Source of the DNA: the human T2T-CHM13v2.0 reference genome, Homo sapiens
Length of the DNA stretch: 64,000 nucleotides
Assembly: GCF_009914755.1 (NCBI RefSeq)
Contig: NC_060925.1
Reading direction: 5' to 3' (one strand)
The notes below the pieces were generated by a model. The model did not search any database, was not told the origin of the DNA, and saw nothing but the letters and a program-made list of their open reading frames with translations. The translations under genes were made by a program, and so were the position numbers. Shown piece by piece: positions 39,610 through 52,538 of the stretch; the first letter of the stretch is position 1, and the number at the start of each line of letters is the position of its first letter.

Positions 39610-41440
39610 CCAGAGGTGATGGTTTTTAAAATATGTCTGCTAGATATCAAAATGAGTGCATGGGATTTGATATATGTACATAGGTAGGCATAGAAATAGA
39701 TAGAGATGCTCAAGGATATGTGTATATGCACATATGAATATGTGTGCATGTATATACATGTATCCATTTCCCAACTCTGTCTTTTAAGAGGATATAGAAA
39801 CAATATCACCCCAGTAACAATAAACACCCTAGTGCCCACATCTTGATTTCTCCATATCATTTTCTGCTAGAAGGAACCCTGGTCTCCTTGGAAAAATGGA
39901 TGATTCCAAGGCTTGGACAGGGAATACACAAGATGAGTCTGACATATCTCATGTTGAAAAGTAACAAACTACTCAAAGAATAATGACAGCATGTCAAAAG
40001 GACACAAGAACCAACTTAAAGGGCTCCCACTCACCAAATCTAGGGCAACCTAAATATCATGATAAGTATGGATACCCTCAGTTCACTGAGAGATTTGAGG
40101 TCAGGGACAGTCTTAGAAGACAATAGAAAACAGTGTTCTGAGTGTTGCCCCTAGAATGAGCATTGTGTTAATATCATAGAAATGGGACACATGTGTCCCC
40201 AGGTCCCATACCTGGAATGTAAAAATAGTATCCATTAACAGCGTCAAGTAAAAGATTATAACCTATTATAAAAACTAGAAACCCGGGCTGGGCATGGTGA
40301 CTCAAGCCTGTAAATCTCAGCACTTTGGGAGGCTGAGGCGGGAAGTCTGTTTGAGCCCAGGAGCTTGAGACCAGCCTGGACAACATAGGGAGGCCCCGTC
40401 TCTACAAAAAAAAAAAAAAAAAAAAATTACCTGGGCATGGTGGCATATGCCTGTGGTCCCAGCTACTTGGGAGGCTGAGGTGGGAGGATCACTTCAGCCC
40501 TGGAGTCAAGGTTGCAGTGATCTGTGATCATGCCACTGCTCTCCAGCCTAGACAACAGAGTGAGACCCTGTCTCAAAAACAAACAGAAAACTAGAAAACC
40601 AAGATTCTATGCCGATGTCAATAATATAAACAAGTGTTCTTCCTTACAGTAGAAAACCAACAATACATTTAGAAAGATTACAGAATTTTTTTAAAAAACA
40701 TGATTTGACAACCACAGTAATAACTGATTCAGGGAAGGGCTACTAATAAATGCTAAAACCAATGGATGCAAGTTTGAGAAATAATAGGATATCTTCATAG
40801 TCTCAAAGTATTTCTCCAAAGGAAATACATATTAATTATAAAGAGTAAAACGGTGGACAGCACCGTAACCCCATGAACAAAGTTAACATTGCTAGTAATG
40901 GGACTAATTAATAGCACCTGCCCCTCATGCCTTGAGCTACAGGAGCTCAGCATGGCATCAGTGATATTCCTGCCCAACATGCATAACAGAATCTAATCAT
41001 GGAAAAGCACCAAAAAACCGAAGTTGAAGGACAATTATACCAAGTAACTGGCCAGGTAATCTTCACAAAGGTCTGTGTCAAGAAAGACAAAGCAGCAGAA
41101 ACTTTCAAATTACAGGGGACAGCTAAATGCAACACATGGTCTTGGATTGTTTTGTTATAAAGGACATTATTGTGAAGTCTGAATAAAGTCTGTAGATGAG
41201 ACGAGAGAATTCCCTGTTTTTAGGAAATATGCAACAAAATATTCAAGAGTAAATGGGCATCACACCTTAGATGACTCAGAAGAAAAAGGGAAGAACAGAG
41301 ATAAGTGATACAGTGAAACCCTGATGTTTGGGGGATCTGGGTAAACAATATTTAGAAATTCTTTGTACCGTGTTGCAAGGTTTCTGTAAGTCTGAAACTA
41401 TGTGAGAACAAGTGTTTAAAAATAAAGCATAAAATGTAAA
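39610..41440 (+). mobile_element. L1MC-type 3' region interrupted by AluJ (40285-40590) and a local insertion
   Basis: atgtcaaaaggacacaagaaccaacttaaagggctcccact and tttggggatctgggtaaa...aattctttgtac motifs. Confidence 0.7.
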
Positions 41441-41849
41441 ACATCTCTTCTGCAAATTCTTTGGCACTCCTCCCATGAAGAGGTAAAGTCTAATCACCTC
41501 CCCTTGAATATGATTTGGACGTAATGACTCATTTCTAACCAATGAATATGGTGTATGGATGCCTAATTATAAAAGAAGATTCAGCATGTATCAGAACAAG
41601 GAAGTTCTGGGGCATGTGTTTTGTGTAATTCACGCTCTGTGTGGTTCATGTGCCCATTGCTCAGATAAAGAAGCTGGAGCTCAGAAAGGTGCCCAAATTC
41701 AGAAGACTAATAAATGGTGGAGCCAAACTTCAAACTTAGGGCACTGGAGCCTCCAATCCCAGGCAGGTGGCCTTGTGGACGGGGAGCTGGGACCTGGAGT
41801 CTGCCCGCCTGGCCAAGGCCTCTCGAGTGCTGCAAGATGGGTATTTGGG

Positions 41850-42022
41850 GCCGGATAATTCTCTGTGCACCATAAGTTGTTTAGCAACATCTTTGGCCTC
41901 TACCCAGAAGACGGCAGGAGCACCTGACACCCAGTTGTGACAACCAAAAATGTCTCCAGACATTGCCAAATATCTGTGGGGGTGCAGGGTGCAAAGTTCC
42001 CTCATTTAAGAACCACTGACCT
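41850..42022 (-). mobile_element. MER20
   Basis: ttagcaacatctttggcctctacccag...ccagttgtgacaaccaaaaatgtctccagacattgccaaat. Confidence 0.88.
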
Positions 42023-42029
42023 AGGGTGA

Positions 42030-43120
42030 ACCGTGGTTCCACTACTTACTTTTCACATGACCTTGGACAAACAACCTTGTCCTCAAGGTCCTCTGTGCCC
42101 CCATGTCCTCACCTGTAAAATGGAAAAATAATAACATGTGAGGTTAATGTGAGGAATAAATAAGAATCCAGGAAAGCAATTGGCCCATCATGTAAGAGCT
42201 ACTTTGCCCATAACCCTAGGGTGCCTTCCCTCCAAACACAAAGCTGTGCACAGAGGAGGTACACAGTGAAGATCTGCTGTTGTATAGCTGTGGGGATGAA
42301 TCAATTAACCATTTCAGTAACAAATGAACAAAAAACTGAATGTCCTGATCTGTGCACTAGTGCATTTGCTGACTGAAGATGTCCTGGCATCCTCTCTCAC
42401 CATCAAAGAGCAGTTAGGATTAAAGACTCCACAGCCAGGCTACCTGGGTTCAAGTTGAGCTCTGCCACTCAGGAGTTATGTGACCACAGGCTGGTTATTT
42501 AGCCTGCCAATGCCTTCATTTCCTTATCTGTAAAATGGGGTAATAAAAGTGCTTACCTCACAGGGCAATGAGAGTGAAATGAATTAATACATGTATTGTA
42601 CCCAGCACAGGCTGGGTCTCCATCATGCCTGCTGCAATTGCTGCTACAGCAATTAACATTAATCCTATCACACTCCTCTTTTATAGCCCTCCAGCCACAC
42701 TCCTCTGAGGGTGCCAAGAACAATCCCATTTCCAAGCCTTTGCACTTGCCACTCCCTCTGCCTGGATTGCTCTCCTTCCCAGACATTAGCAGCCCTCCAA
42801 TCCTTACTTCATCAAGGTCTCTCTTCATGTGGCTCTTTGGAAAGTCCTCCCCTGACCACCATAAATAAAACAGCAGCTTCACCACCCTACTCACCCTGGG
42901 CTTTTTGCAACATAGCAATTACCCCTGCCTGGCATTATCTATCCTGGTCAGTACAGCACAGTGCAATGCAGTGCAGTATAGTACAGATCTCTTTATTGGC
43001 TTATCTCTCCCACAGCTCACATAAATGTTCCAAGAGAGCAGAGAATTTGATTGACAACTATATTCCCAGCATCTAGAACAATGCCTAGAGCATAGTACGT
43101 AATTATAATGAATGGTGAGT
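42030..43120. mobile_element. Two MIR fragments (42030-42200, 42410-42600) and an L2 (42660-43120)
   Basis: MIR core ctgtaaaatgg...aataa. L2 motifs gcctttgcacttgcc and cagcatctagaacaatgcct. Confidence 0.7.
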
Positions 43121-44771
43121 GATATTTTACAGAAGGAAATTCCAAAGTCCTCACATAACCCATTTTCCATAACACAGAACTTATTTAAACTGGAGCCTAG
43201 AACAGTGTTTTTCACAAAAGATTTTGCTTATAGCAACCCATGCTTTAGAACAGAATATTGTAAAGACTTCCAGATCAGTTAGATTTGAGTTTCTCAAGTA
43301 GTGACTGTGGACTCCAGTGAAACAGTAACAGGAATTCCACCAAACAAGGTTCACAAAGTGAATGGCATTGGGAAATGATACAGAATCTTCTCGCACTGGA
43401 GATGCATCATGCACAGGAGAAGCTCTAAGAAGTCCTATCGAGAAAACAGGTGTTGAACCTGGGTTTGCTGAACTTATTTCACCAGAGACCCCATCCATTA
43501 ACATCTGCATCACAAAGCACAATTGGGTAAACAGTGATCCAGCTGAAGTCCTTCCATTTACAGACACAGACAGAAAATGAGGCCCAGAAAGGTTAATTGA
43601 CTCACTCAAGGTCATGCGACCATCTCCTGAATCGTAGAGCTGTGTGCTTTTCACTGCCCCTAATGTTGCCTAATGGTTCACTTAGCTATCCATTCACAGG
43701 AGGTCAGAAACTGTACACGGGCCTCAGATTCCAGTATCATTTTGACTAAATTATATATAAAAATTGATGTACCGAATAGGATTTGCTTTCAATCTCACTA
43801 TTCCAGAATAGTCATTCATTCAACAAATATTTATTAAGTACGATGTGCCAGGAGCTGCACATTTTGCAGTTGGCTGCACAGAAGACTGACAATAAAATTA
43901 GCCTTAGAGAGATCAAAATTGATTGAACTGTCCTTGATAAAACTGCTTCAAAGCAGGGACTTGCAAGAAATTGCATATTCACATTTCATTTGCTTCCATT
44001 AATAGTGCTCATATTTAGATCTGATGGTAATACTATGCTCTCAACTGGTGTGGGTCTGGAATAAAACACTCCCCTTGACTGTGCACACTGCAGAGAGGAA
44101 AAACAAAATGATTGGAGTCAGCTGGGCTTTTCTATTGAGCACCTCGACCTACAGATTTTCCAATTTCAAGTTCATTCACATTTCATCTCTGGCTTCTACA
44201 TTTTAGTTAAAAAGCATTTCTCTATTTGCTATTGTCCACTAAGGAAAATGCCTATTTAAAAATAGATTTCTTTTTTAAAGCATCTTGATTCACACATTTC
44301 AAAGCCCTTCAGAAAACAGGATTTCTCAAAAGCCATGTGATTCTAAAACATGCTACAGATTTCAGATGGAGAAAGATTCAAGATATTATTCTACATGAAC
44401 TTTTCAATGAACTGATCGCATCTGTCTAGGAATAAGGAGAGTTGTCTCATGTTACTTCAAAAAAGATTCCAAATGAAAAAAAAAATCTGGGCTTGAGAAG
44501 ATCTAATGCCATGCCATTGAAGCCAGGTTTCAGCACAGACCCAACATGTGTATAAGTAATAAAAAGAAACCTGAGAAAACAGAAGCTCCTCAAGGTCCTT
44601 TGCCCTGGTGTATCTTTAAGGCCAAACTGTAAAGAGAATAAGCATGTACTTCCAGACCCAGCAAATGTCTTCTTTGCATTTTAAGGATGCACTCATCGTT
44701 TCTTCAGAAGCAATCCTGAAACCCAGTGTAGCAAAGCAAAGATAGTCACCACATAATACAAATAATCTGTG

Positions 44772-44777
44772 TTTATT
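44772..44777 (-). terminator. AATAAA polyadenylation signal of the DRD5-like 3'UTR
   Basis: Minus strand reads tctAATAAAcacagattatttgtattatgtgg, ~540 nt after the homologous stop codon, followed by T/G-rich sequence. Confidence 0.6.
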
Positions 44778-45315
44778 AGATACCAGAATAAATCAGGGAG
44801 ACTTCTTAAGCTATGGTAAAGAGACCCCCACCAGCACAGAGAGAAGAAATGACACAAGCACAAAGCCACGGGAATCCAGACCCAGGAAAGCTGTGCTCCC
44901 ACCACATCACTGCACACACACAAAACCTGCTGTTTAAAAATCAATTCAAACACAAACAAGTGACTGAAAAAGCCATTTGTTTAAAAAGGGAGGGGAGAGC
45001 ATATTTTTTAAGGACCAAGTATCTTTTTTTTTTTTTTTTTTTTTTTTTAAGGAGCCAGCACCATACTCTCTTCTCTCACAGGATCATTGTTCCATCTCTG
45101 GTAGGCTGGGTACATTTGACTGAGTTTATTGCAACTGCTTCTGCCAATTCTTTGAACTATCAATCAATGGGGTGAGGTTTCTAAGCACACCAGCTACTAC
45201 ACAGAAACACATGATAAAGGGAGCAGTACTGGAAAGCCATGTATTTGCTTGTGTGTGCATGCTTGTCAATGTCTGTGTGGTTATGCAGATCCATGAGGGG
45301 GTTTCTTAATGCAGT

Positions 45316-46759
45316 TTAATGGAATCCATTTGGGGTGAAAGGTGTTATTTTGTCTAAAGAAATCTCCCCCTCGCAGTCCAGCTCTCAGACAGACTCTGCA
45401 ACAGGGTCACCATCTGGGGATGTCTGATAGATCTGGGACATGCGATCGAAAGGACTCTCCTCCTCCTCATCGTTGTCCACCTCCCGGTCCCCGGGGGGAA
45501 CGGCGTTGGGCATCATGTGGATGTAGGCAGCTGCGATTTCCTTGTGGAAGACCGTGTCTTGGCTGTAGGAGATGAGCTCATTGCTGATGTTCACCGTCTC
45601 CACCGGCGTGCGGGAGCAGACGTGGCTGCACCCCAGCAGCTGGGCAAACACCTTCCGGAAGTCGGCGTTGAAGGCATAGTGACTGGGTTGAGTGAGGAGT
45701 TGGCCCAGCAGAACCAGATGAAGACATCGAATGTGGTCTCACTGACGCAGGGGAAGCCGGCCGGAGGGCCTTTGGGGTGTCCACTGCAGAAAGGGACCAT
45801 GCAGTTAAGGATGAAGAAGGGCAGCCAGCAACACACGAAGACCCCCATGATCACCGACAGGGTCTTGAGAACCTCGGTCTCCTTCTTGATGGAAAACCGC
45901 AGGCTGGTGTCGGGCGCGCAGCCTGCGCTGCTCCGGCAGCTCTGCACGTGCTCTGCGGCCCTCTCCAGGGAGGAAATCCTGCGGATCTGCACCTGGGCGA
46001 TGCTGTAGATGCGCGTGTAGGTCACGATCATGATGGCCATGGGGATGTAGAAGCTGATGAGCGAGGAAGAGATGGCGTAGGTTCGATTCAGGCTGGAGTC
46101 ACAGTTCTCTGCCCTCACGTCGGGCTCCCAAACGGCCTCCTCCCAGGGCGTCCAGTTGGCCAGGTTGTTTGGCAGGTCCAGCCCACCTCAAGAGACCGCC
46201 TGGTCCCTGTGCCAGTTGAGCTGGACCGGAATGAAGGAGATGAGGCTGGACAAGGTCCAGGCCGGGTGGACCATGACCAAGGCCATGCGCTGGGTCATCT
46301 TGCGCTCGTAGCGGAAGGGCCTGGAGATGGCCCAGTAGCGGGCCACGCTGATGACCTGCTGACGCACAGGTTCAGGATGGAGGCGGTGGAGCACATGATG
46401 TCGAAGGCCACCCAGACGTCGCAGAACGCTTCAAAGGGCCAGTAACCGGCCACCTCGGCGACTGCCTTCCAGGACATGACCAGCAGCGCCACGAAGAGGT
46501 CTGACACAGGTAGAGACACGATGAAGACGTTGGTCATCTTGGCGCGCAGGTGGCGGCTCCGCACGATGGCTGCGGACACCAGCACGTTGCCCAGCAAGGT
46601 CCAGATGATGAGTAGGGTCAGCAGGCAGGCGGTGACCACCTGCACGGGCCCCAGTGGCGGTGCCCCCGCCGAGCCCCCCACGGCATTCCCCTGCACCAGC
46701 TGCTGGTATAGCGCTAACTGCCCCGGGTACGCGGTGCCGTTGCTCCTTGGCGGCAGCAT
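45316..46759 (-). pseudogene. DRD5P1/DRD5P2: Dopamine receptor D5 pseudogene (intronless, duplicated with its flanks)
   Basis: Runs from [16 protein letters not shown] at 46759 to ...ITPFTPNGFH* at 45316. Lesions: 8-bp insertion at 46353-46360 (frameshift, stop after 154 aa), DRY to ARY, TGG to TGA at 46188-46190 and 45385-45387, and a 1-bp deletion in NPxxY near 45680. Confidence 0.97.
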
Positions 46760-47450
46760 TTCGGGCTGGGCCGCAGAGTCGGTTTGTGTGCGATCCCAAC
46801 TACAGCCCTGCGACCCCCAGGCAGCCCCATCGGGCACCCCGAGGATGCGCCCCCTCAGCCAAGGGACCCTCGAGCCCCAGAGGGCGCTCACCATGAGCTG
46901 CGCCGGGTCCCGGAGCGCGCGGGGACTTCTCTTGCTTCCTGAAGCGCCTCTGGCTCGGTGGCCGTGGTGCGCCCCTCCAGTCTACGCGATGGGCACAGGA
47001 AGCGGCTGGTGCCCGCTGACAGCCAGGGCTGTTCTCGGGAGTCTGCGGCGCGCCACATGGCAGCGACAGCGGCTGTGTCTGGTTCGGAGCGAGAGAAGGG
47101 AGCAAGCCGCCACTGAGGGGCTGGGGCAGGCAGTCGCCGGCGCCGGGCTGGCACTGCGGCGCTGCCGCGGTCCCTGGCCGCTCCCCGGCCCCGCGTCTCG
47201 TCCCCCGCGCCTCCGCGCTGGACTCCAGCCCCACCTGTGCCTTGGCGCCCTAGCTCACCGCGCTCGGCGCGCCAGAGTGTAGTGGTGATCCCGCAGGTCC
47301 CAGGAGCGCCCCAGCGCCAGACCCTAGCCCCGGGCCGGGGAAAATTCTTCCCGGGAAGACCGAAGGGTGCTTGGTGTAGCCCTGGAGTCCTAGCCCTAGC
47401 CACGCTTGGGGAACAAGAGGTGGGGTAGGGATGAGGACGCGAGGGCTTCC
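45480..47450. promoter_or_regulatory. CpG island covering the DRD5 pseudogene body and 5' region
   Basis: Dense CG dinucleotides and GC boxes, in contrast to CpG-depleted flanks. Confidence 0.85.
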
Positions 47451-47479
47451 GGAGGGGGAAAGAGCATTTGAAGTGTAAA

Positions 47480-47680
47480 GGGGACCGCCTTGGATTGCCC
47501 ACAGACCTGAGTCCCAATCCGGACTTTATTCCTGGCTCTGCAACTTTAAGGGCCCTACATTACTTTACCCGGCCTTGGTTTCCTTCTCCACAACGTGGAA
47601 TAATGATTCCTCCTCCTAGAACAGTGTCAGAACTCAGGGAAGCCTTCTAGGATGAGGTGTCCAGTAGACAGTGTCTCCTA
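47480..47680 (+). mobile_element. MIR
   Basis: cagacctgagtccc...cctggctctgcaact...tttccttctc...ggaataatgatt. Confidence 0.6.
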
Positions 47681-48657
47681 GGAACAGGCTCCCGCTTCCC
47701 CCAGCCCCTCCCTCAACACCATGAGGCTGGGGCTTCACCTGACCTCTTGGGAGACTGTCCTTTTCCCCACCACCGCCCCCAGTCCTTCAGTGATTTTTCC
47801 TTTGGGGAATAATTTGGAATGAACCCAGAAGACAAGAGGAGGAAGAGAGCCCCCCACCCCCCCCACCCCCAGAGAGTTGGAAGCCTCTTCTTTGCAGGGC
47901 ACTTTTACAGTCTTTCTCTTTTTCAACCTTGAGAGGGGTGGATACATAGCTCAGTGTTGAACAGAAAAGGAACTGACGGGGCCCAAAACCCAGACTGAAA
48001 AAAAAAAATGATGGAAAACAATAAAGAGGGAAAACAGTGTTCCTGAGCTCTGAGTGCACCTCCCAGCTGACAAGTTGCATTTGTGAAGTGTTTCGGCCTC
48101 TGCTGGCGTTAAGCTCAGCTGAAGGCAGCTGGGAGAGAAAGGGATGTGACAGCAGCCAGCTGCACAGCTCCAGCTGCGACCTGCTGGCCCAGACACCTGC
48201 AGCATGGTGAGGTCTAGTAACAGACTAGACTTTCTCCTCCCTTCCTAGTCTCCCCCTTCACCAAATGCACTTGCACCCTGGACCAACACCTGCAAGTGGC
48301 CCAGCTTCTCAGACTTAGGCTGCTCAGCCTACACAGTCCCTTCCCCCAACCTCTTTCCCCTTCAGTGCTTTCTGCCGCTGGAGAAGGCAAGACCATCTGT
48401 CCAGGTGCCTAAACCTGAAACTGAAGAGCCATCCTCACCTTCGGTCTCTCCTCATCTTCTAGGAGCTGGATCACTCCTCTGGCCATGGACATCCCTGTCC
48501 AGAATTGTGCCTCCTCCACCCTGTTTGAAGGTGGCACTCTCCTGGCCTCCAGGCTCTGCCCTGACCCTCTGTCTTCCCAGAGGCAGTGATCTTTCCTGAA
48601 TGTGACTATGCTCCTGTCACTTCCCTGATGAAACACCCTCAGTGTGTTTCATGATCA

Positions 48658-48957
<300 letters not shown>

Positions 48958-49547
48958 ACCATATCACCCAAATATGAGAAATTCTCCCATATATACATAC
49001 TTGTATCTAGATGACTAATCTCTGGAAAGTTATAAGAAAACACTGGTTCTTTCCAAGGAAGGGATGGCCAAAAGGTAGGCTAACTTAACATTGTTCACTC
49101 TTTTTAAGACCTTTGTATTTCTTGTATCATGCACAGGTATTGCCTATTCAAAAACAAACCTACAACAGGGAAAGACTGAAAGCTTTTCTTCAATATCTGC
49201 TACAAGGCAAGGATGCCTACTCTTAACACTTATATTCACCATAGTCCTAGCCAGAGCAATCACATAAGAAAAGGAAATAAAAGGCATCAGCAGAAAAAAG
49301 GGGGTAAAATTATCCCTGTGTGCAGATGACATGATCCTGTATGTAGAAACCCCTAAAAATTCCACAGTTACTAGAATAAATGAATTCAGTCAAGTAGCAG
49401 GATACAAAATCAATATACAAAAATCAGATGCATTTCTTTATACAAATAATGATCTGAAAAAAAATCAAGAAAACATTTCCACTTAAAATAACATCAAAAA
49501 GAATAAAACACCGAGAAACAAATTTAATGAAGGAAGTGAAAGCTTTA

Positions 49548-49969
<422 letters not shown>

Positions 49970-51218
49970 CTATCCAAAGTGATCTACAGATTCAATGCAA
50001 TCCCTATCAAATTTCCAAAGGCATTTTTTACAAAAATAGAAAACACAATTCTAAAATTTGTATTAAATCATAAAAGACCCTGAATAGCCAAAAGAATCTT
50101 GAGAAAGAAAAACAAAGTAGAAGGTATCACACTACCTGATTTCAACTTATATTACAAAGTGATAGTTATCAAAACGTATGGTACTGGCATAAAAGCAGAC
50201 ACATGGATCAATGGAACTGAATACAGAGCCCAAAAATAAACCCAAACATATATTATGAGCTGATTTTTGACAAGTCCAATAAGATACAATAGGGAAAAGA
50301 TGGTGTCTTCAATAAGTAGTGGTAAGAAAACTAGATATCTATATGCAAAAGAATGAAACTGGACCTGATGCCTATCTTACACATCATACATAAAAAGCAA
50401 CTCAAATAGATTAAATACCTAACACCTGAAACCATAAAACTCCTAGAAGGAAATATAGGAGAAAAACTCCTTAATATCCTCCTTGACAATGATTTTTTGG
50501 ATATCACACCAAAAGCTCAGGCAGCAAAAGCAAAAATAAGCAAGTGGGACTACATCAAGCAAATAAGCTTCTGCATAGCAATAAAAAAAAATGGGGTAAA
50601 AAGGTAGCACAGGGATTAGGGGAAAATATTGGCAAACCACACATCTGATAAGGGGTTAAAATCCAAAACATATAAGGAACTCACACAACTCAGTAGCAAA
50701 AAAAAATCCCCAAATAACTGGATTTTAAAATAGGCAAGGACCTGAATAGCCATTTTTCCAAAGTCACACAAATGGTCAAATGGTATATGAAAAGATGCTC
50801 AATATCATAATCATGAGGAAAATGAAAATTAAAACCACAATAGATATCATCTCGTGTCTCTTAGAATGACTATTAACAAAAAGGCAAAGACATAAGTGTT
50901 GGTGAGGATGTGTAGAAAATGAAACCTTTGTACATGGTTGATAGGAATGTAAATTAGTATAGCCATTATTGAAAACAGTATAGAGTTTCCTTAAAAAAAA
51001 TACAACTACCATAAGATCCAACAATGCCTCTGTTGGGCATATATTCAAAGGTAATAAAATCAGCATCTGAGAGAGACATCTGGATTCCCACGTTCATGGC
51101 GGCATTACTCCCAATAGCCAAGACATGGAAACAAACTAAGTGTCCTAATGGACAATTTACTTACCCATTCAAGGACAGATGAATGGATAAAGAAATTGTG
51201 ACATTTGTTTATACATAT

Positions 51219-51425
51219 ATTAAGTCCTCCCTTAATGTCATCAATAGGTTCTTGGGAACTGAGACGTTAAGCTAAATGAACATACAGCAGGTCCTCAAGT
51301 AACACTGTTTCCTTCAATCTAATTTTGGCATAATGCAAAATGAAAAAAAAATCAGTTTTGTCATACTTTTTTTTCCCTCTTAACCACAGTTTCTAAGAAC
51401 TTACTGATGACAATGAGGACTTTAT
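51219..51425. mobile_element. MER82-like (Tigger family) DNA transposon, internally deleted, nested in the L1
   Basis: Terminal inverted repeats aagtcctc..ttaatgtcatcaataggttcttgggaactg and cagtttctaagaacttactgatgacaatgaggactt. Confidence 0.75.
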
Positions 51426-52063
51426 ACAATGGAATAGTTAGCTTTAAGAAAGGAGATACTGCCATTTGTGACAACATGGATGAACCGGGAGGAAAGTATG
51501 CTAAATAAAGTAAGCCAGACACAGAAAAATACTGTATGATCTCACTTAAGAAGCAGAATGGGAGGCAGGGGGGTGAGAAGCTGAATGTATAGAGAGTAGA
51601 ATGGTGGTTATCAAGAGTCTGGAGGTAGGGGATGGGTGGGATGGGCAGAAGTAGGTCGGAGGGTACAAATCTGCAGTTAGGTAAGATGAATAATTCTAGA
51701 GATCAAATTAATACACAGCATGAGAACCATAGTTAATAATATTGTGTACTGAAAATTTGCTGAAAGAGATTTTAGGTGTACATACACAGAGAGTAACTAT
51801 GGAAGGTGAAGGATACAGATATTTGTTTGACCATAGTAATCATTTCACTATGTATACAAAGCATGTTGTATACCTCAGATATGTATAATAAAAATAAATG
51901 AAGAAAAAAACAAAAAACTGTATCCTACCTGCCAAAAACAGTTTCAAATGCATTATGTCTTTGGATTTAGCATGGAATTCACCTTTGCAGGCCCACTTAC
52001 CTACAACATTATAAATATACCAGGTGATTCATTGTACTATTCACAGTAAAAGATTGAAAGAAC

Positions 52064-52538
<475 letters not shown>

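Noticed and set aside
45316-46759. Functional DRD5 (or DRD1) gene
   Set aside because: Frameshifts, nonsense codons and loss of the DRY motif. The termini identify it as D5, not D1.
45517-47282. Plus-strand ORFs of 163-268 aa over the DRD5 pseudogene
   Set aside because: Antisense open frames are expected opposite a GC3-rich coding sequence and CpG island.
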